64,000 bases of DNA, from NCBI GenBank assembly GCA_002269645.1, contig NIVC01000525.1, positions 315,998 to 379,997 of the forward strand, written 5' to 3'. The notes below the pieces were generated by a model. The model was not told the origin of the DNA. It did no database searches and saw only the letters and a list, made by a program, of their open reading frames with translations. This document shows, one piece after another, positions 58,012 through 64,000 of the stretch. Source of the stretch: Macrostomum lignano. Its lineage: Eukaryota. Position 1 is the first letter of the stretch, and every line of letters starts with the position of its first letter. Position numbers and translations under genes: made by a program.

Positions 58012-59321
58012 CGAGGGTCACTCAGAAAGTCTTTAGCCTGAGTAGGATCCACGAGACGTAGAAGCATGAAATTTGTCTATGGTAAAGACCAACTTTTAAA
58101 AGTATTGCAACAAAAATTTCAAACAGAAGCAGCCACTTTTGAGTCCACTGCAGCGAGTTAAAGTCAGTTCACCCCCTGAGTTCTTCAATTCAACAATGAA
58201 GCTGGAAAATCGCGACTTCAGAGCAATGATGTACTTGCACTTCAAGCAAGGCAAGTCGCCGGCCGAATCGTATCAAAGTTTACAGAACGTTTTTACTCAT
58301 GTATGTCCTTCATACGCAACCGTCAAAAACTGGTTCGCTGAGTTTCGCCGAGGTCGAGAAAGCCTCGAAGATGAACATCGATCCGGGAGACCCTGTGACG
58401 CAGTGACTCCAGAAAATATCTGCGCTGTGACCAGCATGATTGCCGCTGACCGGCGAGTGACCTACCAGCAGATCCAGCAGGAGATCGGTATTGGATCGGG
58501 GAGTGTGCACGCCATTCTGCACGAACACCTTGGAGTGCGGAAGCTGGCTTCCCGGTGGATCCCCCATCAGCTGTCGGACGTGCAGAAGGACACCAGGGTG
58601 GCTTGGTGCCGATTCATGCTGCAGAAATTCGAATCTGGGACCAGCCGGCGTATCTGGGACATCCTCACTGGCGATGAGACCTGGATTTATCAATACGACC
58701 CCGAAAGCAAGCGCCAGTCAGCCATGTGGACCTTTGGAGACGAGGACAGCCCCACCAAGTTTCGACGCAGCCGGAGTGTCGGCAAGCAGATGGTGGCCTG
58801 TTTCTTCATGCGCACTGGGCATGTGGCTTCCGTTTCACTTGAAGATCGCCAGACAGTCACCGCTGACTGGTACACAACGGTTTGCCTGCCCAAAGTCTTT
58901 TCTGCTGTGAGCCAGAGGCGCCCAAGGTGCGGAATGCGCGGGGTGCTGCTGCACCACGACAACGCCAGCGCGCACACGGCGGCTCAAACTCTGGAGTTTC
59001 TGGCTGACTGTGAGGTCCAGCTGATGACTCACCCTGCTTACAGTCCAGACCTGGCACCGTGCGACTTTTTTCTGTTTCCGAAGTGCAAGGAGATTCTGAA
59101 GGGCCAGGTCTTTTCTTCACCGGAAGAAGCTGTGAATGAGTTCAAAAACAGGAGCGAGGAGCTCCGGGATGAGGATTGGCGGCAGTGCTTTGACAGCTGG
59201 TTTCACAGGATGCAAGCCTGTATCAATGCCGGTGGAGAGTATTTTGAGCACTTGTAGTCGTTTTTTAGTTCATTTGTTGCTGTTTTCGTGTTCAGGCTAA
59301 GAACTTTCTGAGTGACCCTCG
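58012..59321 (+). mobile_element. Full-length mariner (Tc1/mariner) DNA transposon, 1310 bp
   Basis: 30-bp TIRs CGAGGGTCACTCAGAAAGT(CT/TC)TTAGCCTGA with 2 mismatches, TA target duplication at both ends, and an intact transposase ORF. Confidence 0.97.
58196..59257 (+). CDS. Mariner transposase, 353 aa, D,D34D
   Basis: HTH region, WIPHQL, TGDETW, HHDNA and YSPDLAPCD, with 34 residues between the second and third Asp. Confidence 0.96.
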   Translation: MKLENRDFRAMMYLHFKQGKSPAESYQSLQNVFTHVCPSYATVKNWFAEFRRGRESLEDEHRSGRPCDAVTPENICAVTSMIAADRRVTYQQIQQEIGIGSGSVHAILHEHLGVRKLASRWIPHQLSDVQKDTRVAWCRFMLQKFESGTSRRIWDILTGDETWIYQYDPESKRQSAMWTFGDEDSPTKFRRSRSVGKQMVACFFMRTGHVASVSLEDRQTVTADWYTTVCLPKVFSAVSQRRPRCGMRGVLLHHDNASAHTAAQTLEFLADCEVQLMTHPAYSPDLAPCDFFLFPKCKEILKGQVFSSPEEAVNEFKNRSEELRDEDWRQCFDSWFHRMQACINAGGEYFEHL

Positions 59322-59694
59322 TAGCGGCCGGCATATGCTCGGATTATATATAGAGCTTGTATTGCCAACTGAATGCGCCAGCTGCGTCTTTTATGTAGTA
59401 GGCGCTTTCCACTGGGGCTACTATTGCCATTGGCTACTGCCTACTCATTAGTGCAATGCTTAGTGGGTATTGCACAACTGGCTACATGGATGGCAGACAG
59501 GCTGCCAGCTAAAGTTCACTAAGTAACGCAACTTGTTGGCAGACGGAACGGTACAGACCACAGAATATCTGCACAGACTGCAGCACTCTGGAATGCAGTT
59601 AACTACTTTTGTGCTTTTGCGGTTGAAGAAGAACTGCGTAATTTTGCACTCTGCAAGGTCTGTCTTGAGACTAAGGACCACGAAACTGCAGTAA

Positions 59695-60324
<630 letters not shown>

Positions 60325-60684
60325 CGACATGTACTTTTACGACTAGTCCGAGCTACGCTCGCATTTCGGCGAAAAAGCTCAGGCAGAGGCAGGCAGCATG
60401 GCCCTCCCCTCTCGATTATTAATGGATTATGCCCTGCTGTTGAGTTCCGCCCACAGGAAGTGTCGAATGCTGCACAGCCGGCTGTGCGTGTGGCCCGAGG
60501 AGCTGTCCGTCCGCGCTTTGAACTGAAACGCATAGCCACGAAGGTCTGAGATAATTGCGGCCTGTAGGGTTTTAGGGTTTAATAGATAAAATGCGAACTG
60601 TGACACCATTCTCTAATCTGAGACTGATTCGGTGGAGTACACATGTGGTTGGCCCTCTTTGGCTATCAAAAAAGAGTTGTATCT

Positions 60685-60930
60685 ACTGACACCCCGCTTG
60701 TCTTCTTGGGTTATCAGGGAGGGGTTGTGGCTCCTGACACCCCGCTTGTCCTCTTGGTTTATCAGGGAGGGGTTGTGGCTCCTGACACCCCGCTTGTCCT
60801 CTTGGGTTATCAGGGAGGGGTTGTGGCTCCTGACACCCCATTTGTCTTCGTGGGTTATCAGGGAGGGGTTGTGGCTCCTGACACCCCGCTTGTCCTCTTG
60901 GTTTATCAGGGAGGGGTTGTGGCTACTGAC
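60685..60930. repeat. 48-bp minisatellite
   Basis: About 5 units of CTGACACCCCGCTTGTCCTCTTGGGTTATCAGGGAGGGGTTGTGGCTC. Confidence 0.93.
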
Positions 60931-61260
60931 AATTACTATTGACATTTAAGCTGCGTATCTGCGTGATATACGCAAAAAAAATCGAAGATGCGAAGGAAAA
61001 CAGCAAACAAAACAGGCTCAGTTCAAGCGCGAGTAGCACTGATGAACAGCATGATGTGGTGAGCTGCACCAAATCGATGCTAGCTCAGCCTCCCAAGCAC
61101 TCCAAAGCTTGAGTTGAGAGAGTTCCTTGAGTCCTTGACTGAGTTACTTTATTAGCTTCATTTGGGGTCAGTCAGTCATCCCGATATATTCATATCTAGT
61201 CTGGGTGATTGTTGTGTACTTTTAAGTGTTGGCACCCATATTCATGTAAGATATTCGATT

Positions 61261-61625
61261 GTAAATATGCTGTCTGTAAGTATGCTCTCTGTAAGTATGC
61301 TGTCTGTAAGTATGCTGTCTGTAAGTATGCTGTCTGCAAGTATACTGTCTGTAAGTATGCTATCTGTAAGTATGCTGTCTGTAAGTATGCTGTCTGCAAG
61401 TATGCTGTCTGTAAGTATGCTGTCTGCAAGTATGCTGTCTGCAAGTATGCTGTCTGTAAGTATGCTGTCTGCAAGTATGCTGTCTGTAAGTATGCTGTCT
61501 GCAAGTATGCTGTCTGTAAGTATGCTGTCTGCAAGTATGCTGTCTGTAAGTATGCTGTCTGCAAGTATGCTGTCTGTAAGTATGCTGTCTGCAAGTATGC
61601 TGTCTGTAAGCATGCTGTCTGTAGA
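61261..61625. repeat. 15-bp minisatellite (GTAAGTATGCTGTCT / GCAAGTATGCTGTCT)
   Basis: About 24 units. Confidence 0.96.
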
Positions 61626-62311
61626 TGTACCTGCATACCTGTCGGCAGTCTGTACAGTAGCTCTTGTGTGCATGTAGAAAATTTCTGAAAAACATTTTCA
61701 CAAGCCATTGCTCCTATAGGCCACGTCGGCATGAAAAGCAAATGTTTATTTTTCAAGCTACAATCTCGCCTATTCGAGTTTATCAAGCCGCAACCAGAAA
61801 TGCTGATGGCTCGTGTCTTCTTGTAGTTTGAAGTAAAAAATCAGAAATCTACCAAAAGAGAGATTTAATCAGCTATTTTTCATCTAGACCACTTCATCTT
61901 CAGAATATCTACATCAGCCTATGCGTACAGGAATTTTGTGCTTTCAGCGAGAAACAAAAATTAATAATTGCCACGATCCTGTCATCGCTTAATGCATATT
62001 TCAATGTTTGTGCTGCTGCTTTCAGCAGCGGTTCAGCAATAAGCATCTGCTTGTCAGTATCTGTGAGAAACTGCGTATATGCCAGAAGTTCGACTGCACT
62101 GTGTAGCGAATGCTTACAGACTTGTAGATATTCTGATTGTGTAGAGAGCCACTGTACTCGTATATTATATTGTAGCTTACTCGATTATGGAAATACTAAA
62201 TTCGAATTTCTCCTATTTAATTTGTGTGTTGAGTTTCTGGTTCACAATTATTATTGTTTCTAAGAATACTACATATAAAATATAATTAAACGCTATATTA
62301 ATAATATAACG

Positions 62312-62410
62312 CAGGGTCTGCGAACTCCGGCCTGTGGGCCACATGCGGCCCGCAAAGCCTCTCTATCCGGCCCTCGGGTCCTTTAAAACTTCACAATAGC
62401 ATCCGGCCTG
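62312..62410 (+). mobile_element. Left end of a hAT (Charlie-like) element
   Basis: CAGGGTCTGCGAACTCCGGCCTGTGGGCCACATGCGGCCCGC resembles the common CAGGG...CGGCCCGCGGGCCACATGCGGCCCG terminal pattern. The other end is not in the window. Confidence 0.6.
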
Positions 62411-62424
62411 CTCAAGGTTTGTGT

Positions 62425-64000
62425 CTCTTCTCTTTCACCCCTCTCCTCTCCTCTCCTCTCCTCTCCTCTCCTCTCCTCTCCTCTCCTCTCCTCTCCTCTC
62501 CTCTCCTCTCCTCTCCTCTCCTCTCCTCTCCTCTCCTCTCCTCTCTCTCCTCTCCTCTCTCTCTCTCCTCTCCTCTCCTCTCCTCTCCTCCCTCCTCTCT
62601 CTCTCTCCTCTCCTCTCCTCTCCTCCCTCTCCTCTCCTCTCCTCTCCTCTCCTCCTCCTCTCCTCCTCTCCTCTCCTCTCCTCTCCTCTCTCTCCTCTCC
62701 TCTCCTCTCTCTCCTCTCCTCTCCTCTCCTCTCCTCTCTCTTCCTCTCCTCTCTCTCCTCTCCTCTCCTCTCGCCTCTCTCCCTCCTCTCCTCTCCTCTC
62801 TCTCTCCTCTCCTCTCCTCTCCTCTCCCCTTCTCCTCTCCTCTCCTCTCCTCTCCTCTCCTCTCCTCTCCTCTCCTCTCCTCTCCTCTCCTCTCTCTCCT
62901 CTTTCTCCTCTCCTCTCCTCTCCCTCTCCTCTCCTCTCCTTCCTCTCCTCTCGCTCTCTCTCCTCTCCTCTCCTCTCCTCTCCTCTCTTCCTCTCCTCTC
63001 TCTCCTCTCCTCTCCTCTCCTCTCCTCTCCTCTCCTCCTCTCCTCTCCTCTCCTCTCCTCTCCCTCTTCCTCTCCTCTCCTCCCTCTCCATCTCCTCTCT
63101 CTCTCTCCTCTCCTCTCCTCTCCTCTCCTCTCCTCTCCTCTCCTCTCCTCTCTCTCCTCTCCTCTCCTCTCTCTCCCTCCCTCCTCTCCTCTCCTCTCTC
63201 TCTCCTCTCCTCCTCTCTTCCTCTCCTCTCCTCTCCTCTCCTCTCCTCTCCTCTCCTCTCCGCTCTCCTCTCCTCTCCTCTCCTCTCCTCCTCCTCTCCT
63301 CTCCTCTCCTCTCCTCTCCTCTCCCTCTCTCTCTCCTCTCCTCTCCTCTCTCTCCTCTCCTCTCTCTCCTCTCCTCTCCTCTCCTCTCCTCTCCTCTCCT
63401 CTCCTCTCCTCTCCTCTCCTCTCTCCTCTCTCTCCTCCTCTCCTCTCCTCTCCTCTCCTCTCCTCTCCTCTCCTCCCCCTCCTCTCCTCTCCTCTCCCTC
63501 TCTCCCTCTCCTCTCCTTCTCTCTCCTCTCTCTCCTCTCCTCTCCTCTCCTCTCCTCTCCTCTCCTCTCCTCTCCTCTCCTCTCTCCTCATCCTCCCTCT
63601 CCTCTCTCTCTCCTCTCCTCTCCTCTTCCTCTCCTCTCCTCTCTCTCCTCCTCCTCCCTCTCCTCTCCTCCTCCTCTCTCTTTTCTCCTCTCCTCTCCTC
63701 TCCTCTCTCTCCTTCTCCTCTCCTCTCCTCTCCTCTCCTCTGCCTCTCCTCTCCTCTCCTCTCCTCTCCTTTCTCTCCTCTCCTCTCCTCTCCTCTCCTC
63801 TCCTCTCTCCTCTCCTACTCCTCTCCTCTCCTCTCTTCATTCCTCTCCTCTCCTCTCCTCTCCTCTCCTCTCTCTCCTTCCTCTCCTCTCCTCTCCCTCC
63901 TCTCTCTTTCTCTCTCCTCTCCTCTCCTCTCCTCTCCTCTCGCTCTGCCTCTCTTCTCTCTCCTCTCCTCTCCTCCCCCTTCCTCTCTCCTCTCCTCTTC
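62425..64000. repeat. Degenerate (CTCCT)n polypyrimidine satellite, more than 1.5 kb, running off the window
   Basis: Almost pure C/T on the + strand. It explains the EERRG ORFs. Confidence 0.97.

Noticed and set aside
60565-60585. TTAGGG telomere-like words
   Set aside because: Only one or two copies, consistent with chance.

Overview
This is a repeat-rich, intron-containing animal genomic window, not a prokaryotic one. GC-rich polyQ-bearing exons, GTGAG donors and minisatellite-stuffed introns suggest a Macrostomum-like flatworm or another spiralian (inference). Five host genes can be rebuilt by hand with GT-AG junctions and consistent phases: a CDKL2-like kinase (-, 9 exons, RFX X-box upstream), a SLC25A16/Graves-disease mitochondrial carrier (+, 6 exons), an intronless atypical P2X channel (-), RPL26 (-) and nanos (-, 3 exons, TATA plus four CCAAT motifs). 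Mobile DNA comprises an intact D,D34D mariner, a 5'-truncated LINE, four tRNA-headed SINE copies, a Crypton-like fragment and several 8-bp-TSD (hAT-like) MITEs, one of which is only a 34-bp palindrome. About 25 distinct micro- and minisatellite arrays are present, and most long ORFs in the supplied track are artefacts of them. The best leads are: a P2X that lacks the NFR motif and the distal ATP-binding lysine; intron-specific minisatellites abutting splice sites; a sharply bounded CpG-depleted domain of about 4.5 kb; the minimal palindromic transposon; repeat-derived candidate regulatory modules around nanos; and a possible unannotated spliced gene at 59.6-62.1 kb. No CRISPR array or prokaryote-type system is present. 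All coordinates were counted by hand; array ends are approximate.
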